From: PVC group bacterium
Lineage (GTDB): Bacteria; Omnitrophota; Gorgyraeia; B26-G9
Length of the DNA stretch: 64,000 nt
NCBI GenBank assembly: GCA_024231215.1
Contig: JAAEQR010000195.1
Location: forward strand, 433,349 to 497,348
Reading direction: 5' to 3'
The translations under genes and the position numbers were made by a program. Positions 1 through 8,798 of this stretch are shown here, piece by piece. Under the pieces are notes generated by a model. That model was not told where the DNA came from. It saw nothing but the letters and a program-made list of their open reading frames with translations, and made no database searches. The first letter of the stretch is position 1; every line of letters starts with the position of its first letter.

Positions 1-619
1 TGGCGGAGGCTGTTTAGGAGTAAACAATGAGGCTTTAATCGAGAATATGCAGCAAATGCCGGAACAGAATACTTGTATTGTTGGTGAGATCAAGGCTATG
101 GTTAAGCTGACGGCTTTGGCACTGGTAATGCGGCCGCAGATATATACAATGGTTCTTCCTTTAATTAGAGGGTTAAAAGAAAAAGCTCCAGCCTTAAATT
201 TTGAAGTTAAAGGGTATGCCAAGTTTCAGCTAGGTGTTGCCGGTGCTCTGTTTAAAAAAATAGGAGATTTTAGCGAACAGCGATATGCTAATGGAAAAAG
301 ATTAATAGCAGAGTTACAGGAAACCGAAGGTATTTTTGTGCCAAAAATTGCAGAGAATACTCAGCCAGCATTTAATCGTTTACCGGTTTTATTTAAGGAT
401 ATCAAAAAAAGAAATCAGGTGGCTGAAGAATTAGCTAAAGTGGGGATAGAAACTTCGCGGATGTATTTTAAGCCTTTGCACCACCTGTTTGATTTAGGAT
501 ATGAAAAAGAAGAATTTCCAAAGGCTTGTTATCTTGCCGAACACCTATTAACTCTCCCGACTCATCCGCTTTTAACGGATAATGATATTGATAAGATTAT
601 CGCTACAGTAAAAAAATAG
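1..619 (+). CDS. DegT/DnrJ/EryC1/StrS-family PLP aminotransferase, C-terminal part (truncated by left window edge)
   Basis: Frame is open from nt 2 (GGGCLGVNNEALIE...). C-terminal motifs GIETSRMYFKPLH and LLTLPTHPLL are typical of sugar aminotransferases. Confidence 0.8.
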   Translation, partial: GGGCLGVNNEALIENMQQMPEQNTCIVGEIKAMVKLTALALVMRPQIYTMVLPLIRGLKEKAPALNFEVKGYAKFQLGVAGALFKKIGDFSEQRYANGKRLIAELQETEGIFVPKIAENTQPAFNRLPVLFKDIKKRNQVAEELAKVGIETSRMYFKPLHHLFDLGYEKEEFPKACYLAEHLLTLPTHPLLTDNDIDKIIATVKK

Positions 620-640
620 TCTAATTTTTGTCGGTTATTA

Positions 641-1447
641 TTAATACTGAATCAAACTTCCTTGTTTGCGGGCTTTTTTTAATGCGTATTGGAAAGAGCC
701 AAAGCTAAGCGGAATAAGAATTATAGAAAATATGAGTAGAGCCCCCCATTCGTTACTTAGCTGTGCTAAGGAATAGTTTTGGTATACGGCCAGCTCCATA
801 GCACGGATAGCATAGGTGATTGGTAGAAGCTTTGCTAACATTTGCAGAAACGGCGGCATTACAGTTATCGGGAAGAATACTCCACCAAGCAGTCCTTCCA
901 GATTATTTATAATCCAGGCAACTGGGTTGCCTCGTTTGAAGACAATAATAAAACTCGCTGATAGTATACCTAAACTACTAAAGCAGATGATTGTGAGCAG
1001 GAGAATAACCCCGGCAGATAGTAGATTAGCATTAGTAAAATCTATATGAAATAGAAATGCTCCCAAACAAATATATATGCAGGCGTTAAAAGTAGCAAAT
1101 ATAAGGTTCCATAGTGCCATGCTTGCTAAAATTATTCCAATCCGGGTGGGGGTTAAAAGCAGAGATTCTAATGTTCCCATTGTTTGTTCATCTCTGATGC
1201 GTTCGGTAAAAGATCCGATGCCTACCCCGATATAACTAAAGAAAGCCATGCTCAAAAGTACATAAGAAAAATAATTTACTCCGAATTCTTTTAAATGTTC
1301 AGTAATTTCACTGTTGAACATTTTGTCGATAAAAAAGTAAACGAGCAAGAAAACAAATACCCCAAAAATATTAAGGATAAATGAGAGTTTGTAGCTTGTC
1401 TCGATCAGAAGATCTTTTTTTAATAAGGCAAATATTTTTCTAAACAT
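641..1447 (-). CDS. ABC-2 type exporter permease
   Basis: About 6 hydrophobic segments, with GTLESLLLTP and LLGGVFFPITVMP..LLPITYAI motifs. Start placed at ATG 1447 (MFRKIF), overlapping the ATPase stop. Confidence 0.88.
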   Translation of the reverse strand: MFRKIFALLKKDLLIETSYKLSFILNIFGVFVFLLVYFFIDKMFNSEITEHLKEFGVNYFSYVLLSMAFFSYIGVGIGSFTERIRDEQTMGTLESLLLTPTRIGIILASMALWNLIFATFNACIYICLGAFLFHIDFTNANLLSAGVILLLTIICFSSLGILSASFIIVFKRGNPVAWIINNLEGLLGGVFFPITVMPPFLQMLAKLLPITYAIRAMELAVYQNYSLAQLSNEWGALLIFSIILIPLSFGSFQYALKKARKQGSLIQY

Positions 1448-2228
1448 TTTTTGTAACCTTTTGGTAAATATCGGATAATGACGCATCTTGTAAATTGGTT
1501 TTTTCGCGTAACTGTGACAATGTCCCGCATTCTTGTATCTGCCCATTGTCGAGGATGATAAAAATATCACATAAAGTTTCTGCTTCCGGGATATTGTGAG
1601 TAGCCAAAAGAATGGTTTTCCCTGTATTGCTGAGTTCTTTTATGTGTTGTTTAAGCGATTGCACAGACTGGTAATCTAAACTTTTCATAGGTTCATCAAG
1701 CAGAAGTATTTCCGGATTATGCAGTAGTGCACGGATAAGCGCGAATTTTCGTTTCATGCCCGCAGAGTAAGTATCGAATCGTTTGTCCTGGTAATTTATT
1801 TTAAACATAGAAAATAGTTCATCAATCCGTTTTTTTGTTCGTTGTTTATCTAATCCATAAAGTGTGCTGAAAAATTCTAAATTTTGTTTTCCGGTAAGCC
1901 TCCAGTAAAAACTACGTTCTTCATTAGAAGCAAGACCGAGTAGTGATTTTATTTCGCGGTCATGTGTGCCGGCTGAATAGTTTTTTATCTTGATCCTACC
2001 AACATCCGGCAGAATTAAGGTGGAGATTGTTTTAAGCAGGGTGGTTTTGCCGGCACCGTTTGCGCCTAATAATCCGGTGATTTTCCCTGGTTCAAGAGAA
2101 AAGGAGACATCTTTAAGAGCGGTAACCGCGGATTTTTGTTTATGCTTAATAATGTCGCCGAAAGATACGGCTGGGTAGAATAGTTTAGTGATCGTTTCTA
2201 CGGTTAATATTGAATTATTCATATTCAT
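1440..2228 (-). CDS. ABC exporter ATP-binding subunit
   Basis: Walker A GANGAGKTT, signature YSAGMKRK, Walker B LLLDEP, H-loop ATH. Confidence 0.93.
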   Translation of the reverse strand: MNMNNSILTVETITKLFYPAVSFGDIIKHKQKSAVTALKDVSFSLEPGKITGLLGANGAGKTTLLKTISTLILPDVGRIKIKNYSAGTHDREIKSLLGLASNEERSFYWRLTGKQNLEFFSTLYGLDKQRTKKRIDELFSMFKINYQDKRFDTYSAGMKRKFALIRALLHNPEILLLDEPMKSLDYQSVQSLKQHIKELSNTGKTILLATHNIPEAETLCDIFIILDNGQIQECGTLSQLREKTNLQDASLSDIYQKVTKNV

Positions 2229-2289
2229 AAGCCTATCAAATCAAATAGATATAGTCAAGGTTCATCTTAATATTGATGACAAAAATTAG

Positions 2290-2392
2290 TGCAACATTTC
2301 GTTACACCACTTTTTTATGGCAATTTTACTTAACATTATTAATTTAAAGATGTTAGGATGTTTTTAGTTTAGGAATGTAACGAAATAATGCA
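2290..2392. promoter_or_regulatory. Pair of inverted 17-bp sites, putative enhancer-binding-protein sites
   Basis: TGCAACATTTCGTTACA (2290-2306) and TGTAACGAAATAATGCA (2376-2392, reverse complement TGCATTATTTCGTTACA) match at 15/17 positions. They lie upstream of a -24/-12 motif. Confidence 0.5.
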
Positions 2393-2510
2393 TATTAATA
2401 TATATAAAGGAAATATAGTAAGGAATTAAATATGAAAGCATAATTAAAATAAGTAATTGTTAAATAAGTAGTTATGTAAATATATTTAAATTTTCTTCTT
2501 TTTATAGAAT

Positions 2511-2526
2511 TGGTACTGAAAATGCT
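2511..2526 (+). promoter_or_regulatory. Putative sigma-54 (-24/-12) promoter
   Basis: TGGTAC-TGAAA-ATGCT with GG-N10-GC spacing, 40 nt before ORF 2566. Confidence 0.55.
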
Positions 2527-2565
2527 CTTAATGAAGTTGAGAGATTCTATAGAAAGGGAATTGAT

Positions 2566-3282
2566 TTGAGAAAAAAAGTAATTATCATATTATTGTTACT
2601 GTTGCTGGTTAATACTGGTACGGGGTTTGCACAGAGCGCGGGTGAATCTTCTCTTTTTAGCATTGAATTTATTGGGCAATTTGTTGGGGCCACATATACT
2701 TCGGTAATGATTCACGAGGCAGGTCATTATGATGAAGCTAATATAATGGGGGTTACTCCTACGATACATCTTGGATTTATGAAGCAAAAGTCAGGAGATG
2801 GCAGTTCTCATGTATCCTTGGGAGAAACTCGTTATGAAAGATATCCTCAAGATGCTAAAAAGAAAAGCCGGTTAGCTTTAGCCGGGATAGAGTCATCGCA
2901 CAAGATATATGAATCGCTTAATAATCAAATAATAAACGGGCAAGCCAATAGTCGCTTTGATTCGATGGTTGCGTTGTTTTGTAAGACTGATTTTCCCCGC
3001 TATGCATTTATTCATAGCCTTACTGAGAACCCCGGACAGGCTAATGATCTTGAATGTTATATTACAAATTCCGGTGCAGATAAAGAGTTTATTTATACAG
3101 CAGCTTTTTTAGATGTTGTTTTTAATTTGCCGGATATAGAATTTCATATAAAAAATGTTTTAGGCATGAATTCTCAAATGCCAAAATTAAGAGAAATTTG
3201 TGGTTTTAAAACTCAACCGCGTGTATTTGTCGAGAGATATGCGGGTATAGCTATTGGATTTGATTTAAGTAAGAAATGGTGA
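2566..3282 (+). CDS. Secreted hypothetical protein with HExxH motif (possible zinc metallopeptidase-like)
   Basis: Signal peptide MRKKVIIILLLLLL..GFA, HEAGH motif, C-terminal Trp. Confidence 0.6.
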   Translation: MRKKVIIILLLLLLVNTGTGFAQSAGESSLFSIEFIGQFVGATYTSVMIHEAGHYDEANIMGVTPTIHLGFMKQKSGDGSSHVSLGETRYERYPQDAKKKSRLALAGIESSHKIYESLNNQIINGQANSRFDSMVALFCKTDFPRYAFIHSLTENPGQANDLECYITNSGADKEFIYTAAFLDVVFNLPDIEFHIKNVLGMNSQMPKLREICGFKTQPRVFVERYAGIAIGFDLSKKW

Positions 3283-3418
3283 TCTGCACATTTTGCAACA
3301 GCGCATGTAAATCCTACCTTATTTTTTCCTTGTCAGTCTTTTTATACTTGTGATACACTTTATAGGTACAGCGAGGTGAAATTGCCGCACTAAAATTGAA
3401 GATGATACGAATACTACT

Positions 3419-3553
3419 TTGGTAACTCTTCAGGAATTTAAAGCAATGAGTATTGGCCGGGAAACGAGAATGATTGAACTAAAAAGAGAAGTCAATGAAT
3501 TGGCCAAGGAATTGGGGCATCTGGAACCGTATGATATATCTTTCGCGGAGTAA
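3419..3553 (+). pseudogene. Short ORF or remnant resembling the C-terminal coiled coil of PAS/sensor proteins
   Basis: Translates LVTLQEFKAMSIGRETRMIELKREVNELAKELGHLEPYDISFAE*, with an in-frame upstream stop at 3377-3379. Not in the ORF track. Confidence 0.4.
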
Positions 3554-3585
3554 CTTTAATTTTAAAACAGGAGGTATAAAGTAAT

Positions 3586-4986
3586 ATGAAGAAGAACAAG
3601 AAACAGTTTTTTATGTTTATTAGTAGTATTATTATTTTAAGCTTTATTATTATTGCCTCGTTTTGTGTTGCTCAACCTATAGTCGGGGAACAGTCGGAAG
3701 TGGCCGGAGAGTTTTTTGAAATGCCTGTTTCAGCCAGCAATTATTACTTTGCTAAGAGAGTGATCCAGACTTTTGGCGCTAAGTGGAGAGGTAATCCTAA
3801 AATTCCGGAAGAGCTGGAAGATCTGGTGTGGCAGGAATTATTATTTTCTTATGAGGCATTTAAAAGAGGAATTGAGGTAACCGAAGAAGAAATAGATGAA
3901 GAAATCGAAAAAACAATCAAGGCGCAAAAAGTTGAATTTAACTGGAGGACTGATAAAGATGAGTTTCAAAAATGGGTTGAAGAAACATTAAAAGTTCCGG
4001 TTGAGATGTTCAGGCATCAAATGGAACATTTAATAAAAATAGAAATACTACGCACAGAAATAATTGATAGTATAGAGCCGGAGGTTACAGAGGAAGAAAG
4101 CTATCAGAAATTTCTTAATGAATATAATACTTTGTTAGTGGAGCTGGTTCAGTTTGACGATATGGAGAAAGCAAAAGATTTTTATGAGCAGTCAGTTAAG
4201 CCTCTTGCAAAAACAGATTGGGAAAAATTAGTTTGGGACGAAAAAGTTCTTTCTTATGAAGCAACTAAACGAGGGATAGAGGTGCTGGATGAAGAAGTTG
4301 AAGCAGCTATTGAGAAAATAATGGTCTGGGATGAAAAACGTGTTCAGTGGAAAACAGATTCGGAAGCTTTTAAAACATGGATAATGGAAAGAACTGGAGA
4401 GACGGAAGATGATTTTCGAAAACATATCAAGTTGTTTGTTAAGATAGAAAAATTATTGAGAGCAATTAAAGCCGAAGAAGAACCGGCAATTAGTGATAAT
4501 GAGTATAAAGCAATGATTGATAAACATGGAACTATTAAAGAAGCTTATGCAAAATTCATTGCAGAGTATGAAATACCGCTAGGGGATGTACTTCATTTTG
4601 GTTCTTTAGAGCAGGCGATAGCTTATTATGAGAAACTGGGGAGAACTCCAGGTTTTTGGGAAGATAAAAAGAGAGAAGATCCTAAGTCGTTTAAGCGTCC
4701 TGGATTTGTAGCTTTAGATTTTCTGGTTAATATGTGGGGATTTCAGGTAGAAGATGCTTATAAAATGCTCGAGTGGGAATTAAATGCTTTTTATCCTCCG
4801 GCGCCTATTTATAAGGGATTTGGAGTGTTTAAAATTTTAAGAGTTCGCAGGGCAGACCCAGCGCAATATAAAGATAGAGAGGAATATTATCTTGATAGAG
4901 TTTCGAGAATTAAAAAACATGAAGGATTCAAGGACTGGGTGAAAACATTTACAGAAAGTGCTAAAATAAAGCGTTTTATCCCATAA
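3586..4986 (+). CDS. Exported SurA-N-like chaperone-domain protein with internal duplication
   Basis: Shine-Dalgarno AGGAGGT and an N-terminal signal/anchor. Two copies of LVW..LSYEA.KRGIEV..EE....IEK, which resembles the SurA_N motif. Confidence 0.6.
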   Translation: MKKNKKQFFMFISSIIILSFIIIASFCVAQPIVGEQSEVAGEFFEMPVSASNYYFAKRVIQTFGAKWRGNPKIPEELEDLVWQELLFSYEAFKRGIEVTEEEIDEEIEKTIKAQKVEFNWRTDKDEFQKWVEETLKVPVEMFRHQMEHLIKIEILRTEIIDSIEPEVTEEESYQKFLNEYNTLLVELVQFDDMEKAKDFYEQSVKPLAKTDWEKLVWDEKVLSYEATKRGIEVLDEEVEAAIEKIMVWDEKRVQWKTDSEAFKTWIMERTGETEDDFRKHIKLFVKIEKLLRAIKAEEEPAISDNEYKAMIDKHGTIKEAYAKFIAEYEIPLGDVLHFGSLEQAIAYYEKLGRTPGFWEDKKREDPKSFKRPGFVALDFLVNMWGFQVEDAYKMLEWELNAFYPPAPIYKGFGVFKILRVRRADPAQYKDREEYYLDRVSRIKKHEGFKDWVKTFTESAKIKRFIP

Positions 4987-4989
4987 AAT

Positions 4990-5490
4990 ATGGACAATGT
5001 TATTCTTAAGACAAAGATTGATGTTTACCAGGATCAATTAAAGAAAAATAAGAAGGTGCGTATTAAAGTTACCGGTAATTCAATGCTGCCTTTTTTAAAG
5101 AACGGGGAAGTGATTGTTGTTGAGCCTGTAACCGTAAAGAATCTTTTCCCCGGGGATGTTGCTCTGACTTATATCCAGGGGAGCGTGTTTTGTCATCGTG
5201 TTTTTAAAAATAACGGCAGAGTATTTCAGACCAAAGGTGATGCCTTAACCTTGCTTGATCCTCCGGCGACAGAAGAGAATTTAATCGGGAAAGCTACAGC
5301 ACGTGTAGTAGGGCTTAGGAATATGAAGCTTGCCAGGATCACAGGATTTTTGATCTCACGTATGAGTATAATTGCGGCATATGTATATATCCCTTTGCGA
5401 TTCATCAAAAGAATCTTTAAAAAAGTAATTATTGGGGAAGTAATACGGGATGAAAATACGCACCCAAAGCAGGGGCAGCGAGATAAATAA
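4990..5490 (+). CDS. S24/S26 family peptidase (signal-peptidase-like)
   Basis: GNSMLPFL (catalytic Ser), CHRV and TKGD motifs. Confidence 0.85.
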   Translation: MDNVILKTKIDVYQDQLKKNKKVRIKVTGNSMLPFLKNGEVIVVEPVTVKNLFPGDVALTYIQGSVFCHRVFKNNGRVFQTKGDALTLLDPPATEENLIGKATARVVGLRNMKLARITGFLISRMSIIAAYVYIPLRFIKRIFKKVIIGEVIRDENTHPKQGQRDK

Positions 5491-6700
5491 TTTTATTAGA
5501 GCACTTATTATAAAACCTTCCGAGTTTTCGTCTGGTTGTGAACATGATTTTTTAAATAATATTGATACTTCGACGTCGCTCAGTATTAACCCTGAGCAGA
5601 CTCCGGACGATAATCTGGGGAAAGTCGAATGGGTTGATTGGCAACTGTTTTTGGAGAGAGTTTTTACTGAAGGGGTAGCAGGGCTAATTTTTTTCAATTC
5701 TGTGCAGTTTAAGTTTTCGCAAATATTTCCTGAGAATGTTTATGAGAAGTTAAGGCATGATTATGAGAATACCACTGGTCGGAATATGGTTATTCTTAAT
5801 TGTCTTGAAGAAGTAATAGCGCGTTTTAAAGAAGAGTCTATTGCATTGCTTTTAATTCGCGGGATTGATTTTCTGAAAAATTTGTATGAAACTGCCGGAA
5901 TACGGGCAATGATTGATGTGGATATAGTGATTCATCGGGAAGATTTAACTCGGGTTGCTGATGTTTTTTCAGGGCTGGGGTATGAGCATCCGGAAGGATA
6001 TCCATATATTTTTTGTCAGGATGGTATTTTCTTCGATTTACATATTGATCGGGCTGGATTTTGGAGGATTGATTCCTGGCCGCAAGCGATAGGCATTAGT
6101 GAGCCGGATATTTGGAATCAGGCTTGTCCATTAGAAGATGAAGCCCCAAATATTAGGACTTTATCTGTTTACGATTCAATCCTGGTTTCCTGCGCGCATT
6201 TACAGGATCATTCCTATAGCCGGTTGATTTGGTTTGTGGATATTTGGTGTCTGATTAAAAAAGAAGCAAATGAGTTCGACTGGCAATATCTATTACAACG
6301 TGCGAAGCAATATAATTTGGAAAAACCGCTTTGTTTTACATTGAGATATCTATCTAAGTACGAATTTATAGATTTGCCGGATAATGTGAATTCTTTTTTA
6401 GATAAGTTGCCTTTGAATTTTATTGAATCAAGGTCGTTGCGTATGCTTTTAGCAGATAATCGACAGGCGGTTTCAGGGGATCTATTGTATTTATTTTCAT
6501 TTAAAACTCTTGCTGAGCGGTTGCGTTTTATCCGGCAGACAATATTTATTGAAAAAGATAATTTTCCTTTATTTGAACAAAAAATAACAGTTTGGGATTA
6601 CTTGCGTAGATTTTTTCGAATAGTGATGTATAGCGTTCGTAAGATGTTTGCGATACTTAACCCGGGAAATACGACCGAGCGTAACGACACAGATGTGTGA
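5450..6700 (+). CDS. Nucleotidyltransferase family protein (NTP_transf_5-like)
   Basis: LIRG..LY...R.MIDVDIVI (DxD motif), FDLH and RLIWFVDI motifs. Confidence 0.8.
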   Translation: MKIRTQSRGSEINNFIRALIIKPSEFSSGCEHDFLNNIDTSTSLSINPEQTPDDNLGKVEWVDWQLFLERVFTEGVAGLIFFNSVQFKFSQIFPENVYEKLRHDYENTTGRNMVILNCLEEVIARFKEESIALLLIRGIDFLKNLYETAGIRAMIDVDIVIHREDLTRVADVFSGLGYEHPEGYPYIFCQDGIFFDLHIDRAGFWRIDSWPQAIGISEPDIWNQACPLEDEAPNIRTLSVYDSILVSCAHLQDHSYSRLIWFVDIWCLIKKEANEFDWQYLLQRAKQYNLEKPLCFTLRYLSKYEFIDLPDNVNSFLDKLPLNFIESRSLRMLLADNRQAVSGDLLYLFSFKTLAERLRFIRQTIFIEKDNFPLFEQKITVWDYLRRFFRIVMYSVRKMFAILNPGNTTERNDTDV

Positions 6701-6753
6701 TAATTTGTGCCCGCAGTAGATAATGGTATGAAATGTTCGGGTGGAGACTTAAA

Positions 6754-7533
6754 ATGAATGATATTTATTTGGATATATGTGGACATAAACTGTCTGTTTG
6801 CAGTGAAGATGAAGGTTTTATTGCAGAATTAAAAGACAAATATCGCAATTTTATAAGTAAACTCGAAGGTGATATAAATATTCTTGTAGCTCATAAACCA
6901 TTTAAAGATGAAGACAGCGATATTGTTGTGCAGAAAGAAGCCAAAGGGTATGTTATTACCGGTAATGAGATCGAGGCAAGGGTGGATGATTCCCTGGGGA
7001 AAATTAAACTCAAGATTCCCGCTAATGCAGGCACATTTGATTGTTTTTTGCGTATATTTTATTCTTTACTTTTGTTGGAAGATGATGCGTTTTTGATTCA
7101 TGCTGCGGGTTTGGCAAAAGCAGGCAGGGGAGTACTTTTTACCGGGCCTTCAGAAAGCGGAAAAACAACTACTGTTTCCAGAGCGGAAGGGCTTGATATT
7201 TTAAGTGATGAGCTTGTAGCAATAAAAGAAGATGACGGACAATTCTATCTTTTTTCAACGCCGTTTCATGGAGAATACAGAGGTGATGTTGCCTGTAAAT
7301 GTGTTCCTTTACAGAAAATATATTTTTTAACTAAAAAAGTAGTGGAGCAGAAACCTTTGAAGATATTGGAAGTATTTGTTGGCTTATTGGAAAATACATT
7401 TTTCTTTTATCGGAATAAGCAAGCTGATAAGAAAATTCTGGAGTTATGCCATAAGCTTTCAAAAAAAGTAGATGCATATCACATGAATATTTTAGCAGAG
7501 AGAAGTGTAGGGAGGTTGTTTAATGAAGTTTGA
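6754..7533 (+). CDS. HprK-related P-loop kinase
   Basis: LIHAAG, Walker A GPSESGKTT, LSDE and TPFHGE motifs. Start at ATG 6754 follows GGTGGAG. Confidence 0.78.
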   Translation: MNDIYLDICGHKLSVCSEDEGFIAELKDKYRNFISKLEGDINILVAHKPFKDEDSDIVVQKEAKGYVITGNEIEARVDDSLGKIKLKIPANAGTFDCFLRIFYSLLLLEDDAFLIHAAGLAKAGRGVLFTGPSESGKTTTVSRAEGLDILSDELVAIKEDDGQFYLFSTPFHGEYRGDVACKCVPLQKIYFLTKKVVEQKPLKILEVFVGLLENTFFFYRNKQADKKILELCHKLSKKVDAYHMNILAERSVGRLFNEV

Positions 7534-7804
7534 AAATATGTTGATTGGGCGCAGTGATCAGGCGGCTTGGCAGGAAGTTGAAGAGAATGTAGTTGTGGTT
7601 AATTCTAATACACGCAAAGTTCATATTCTTTCCGGTATTGGCGGGAGGATTTGGCAGATTTTAGAACATCCTAGGCAGCAAACAGATATTGTAAATGTAA
7701 TTATGCAAGAGTATGATGTTGCACGTGAGCAGGCGGAAAATGATGTGGATTCTTTTTTGCAGGAACTTGCTCAAAAGGAGATAATAAAGATAAAAGATGA
7801 ATGA
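7523..7804 (+). CDS. PqqD family peptide chaperone (RiPP recognition element)
   Basis: 93 aa with LSGIGGRIWQIL and EYDVAREQAENDVDSFLQEL, the PqqD pattern. Directly upstream of a radical SAM gene. Confidence 0.9.
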   Translation: MKFENMLIGRSDQAAWQEVEENVVVVNSNTRKVHILSGIGGRIWQILEHPRQQTDIVNVIMQEYDVAREQAENDVDSFLQELAQKEIIKIKDE

Positions 7805-8798
7805 TATCTGGAAACATGTGCGCAATACAATAGAAAATAAATATATTCCAATCTCAATGATACTGGAACTTACACGGCGGTGTAATTTGAATTGCTGTCA
7901 TTGTTATAATATTAAAAGCAACTCAGAGCTAAGTTTTCCTCAGATAAAAGAGATTAGCCGGCAGTTAAGAGATGCCGGATGTTTATTTTTGTTTCTCACC
8001 GGCGGGGAAGTTTTTTGTATGCCCGATTTTCTGGAGATCATTACTTATTTGCGGCGCGCTGGTTTTGATTTAAAGATTTTCACAAACGGAACATTGATAA
8101 CATCGGATCTTGTTTATAAGCTAGGGGATTTAGGTATTAGCGAAATAGGTATAAGTATTCAGGGAGCCGAACCAAAAACACATGATCGTATTTCCGGAGT
8201 TCCCGGAGCTTTTGAAAAATCAATAACTGCAATTAAAATGTTGAAGGAACGCGGGGTGCCGGTAAATATAAAATGCACCTTAATGAAAGAGAACTTTGCT
8301 GAATACAAGGACATTATAAAATTGGCAGAAAATTTAGGAGTTACTTATGTAATAGACCCGGTAGTTTCACCTCGTGATGATGGGTCCAGGGATGTGTTAT
8401 CCTGTCGTTTGGATGAAACTCAATTAAAGCAATTTTATAGCGAACAATTCTCTCGATTAGAAGTAACTAAAGTCGAGGAAAATTCTATTTGTGAAGCAGG
8501 GCGTACTTTTGGGAGCATATCTGCAGTCGGAGACGTATATCCATGTATTCAGATTCCCTTAAAAGTCGGTAATGTTTTTGAAAGAGAGTTTCTGGATATT
8601 TGGAGTGATGCCCAAATGCTTAAGAAGATGCGCAGCTTTAAATCATCTGAAATTAAGGCTTGTGTGGATTGTGATATGGTATCTTCCTGTTCAATATGTC
8701 CTGGGCTTGCTTACTTGGAAGACGGGGATCTTTTTGGGCCGGCTTCTATAGCTTGTTTAAATGCGCGTATTCAAAAAGAGGTGGAGAATGAAAAATAA
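7797..8798 (+). CDS. Radical SAM/SPASM peptide maturase (PqqE-like superfamily)
   Basis: CNLNCCHC motif and GGE. SPASM cysteines CEAG..YPC..CVDC..CSICPG..C. Confidence 0.9.
   Translation: MNDIWKHVRNTIENKYIPISMILELTRRCNLNCCHCYNIKSNSELSFPQIKEISRQLRDAGCLFLFLTGGEVFCMPDFLEIITYLRRAGFDLKIFTNGTLITSDLVYKLGDLGISEIGISIQGAEPKTHDRISGVPGAFEKSITAIKMLKERGVPVNIKCTLMKENFAEYKDIIKLAENLGVTYVIDPVVSPRDDGSRDVLSCRLDETQLKQFYSEQFSRLEVTKVEENSICEAGRTFGSISAVGDVYPCIQIPLKVGNVFEREFLDIWSDAQMLKKMRSFKSSEIKACVDCDMVSSCSICPGLAYLEDGDLFGPASIACLNARIQKEVENEK

Noticed and set aside
7523-8798. PQQ biosynthesis (pqqD/pqqE) feeding the PQQ-like propellers
   Set aside because: No pqqB/pqqC was seen, and the candidate peptide has no ExxxY core in PqqA context. 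The propellers look like BamB/AfsK-type blades rather than full quinoprotein dehydrogenases.
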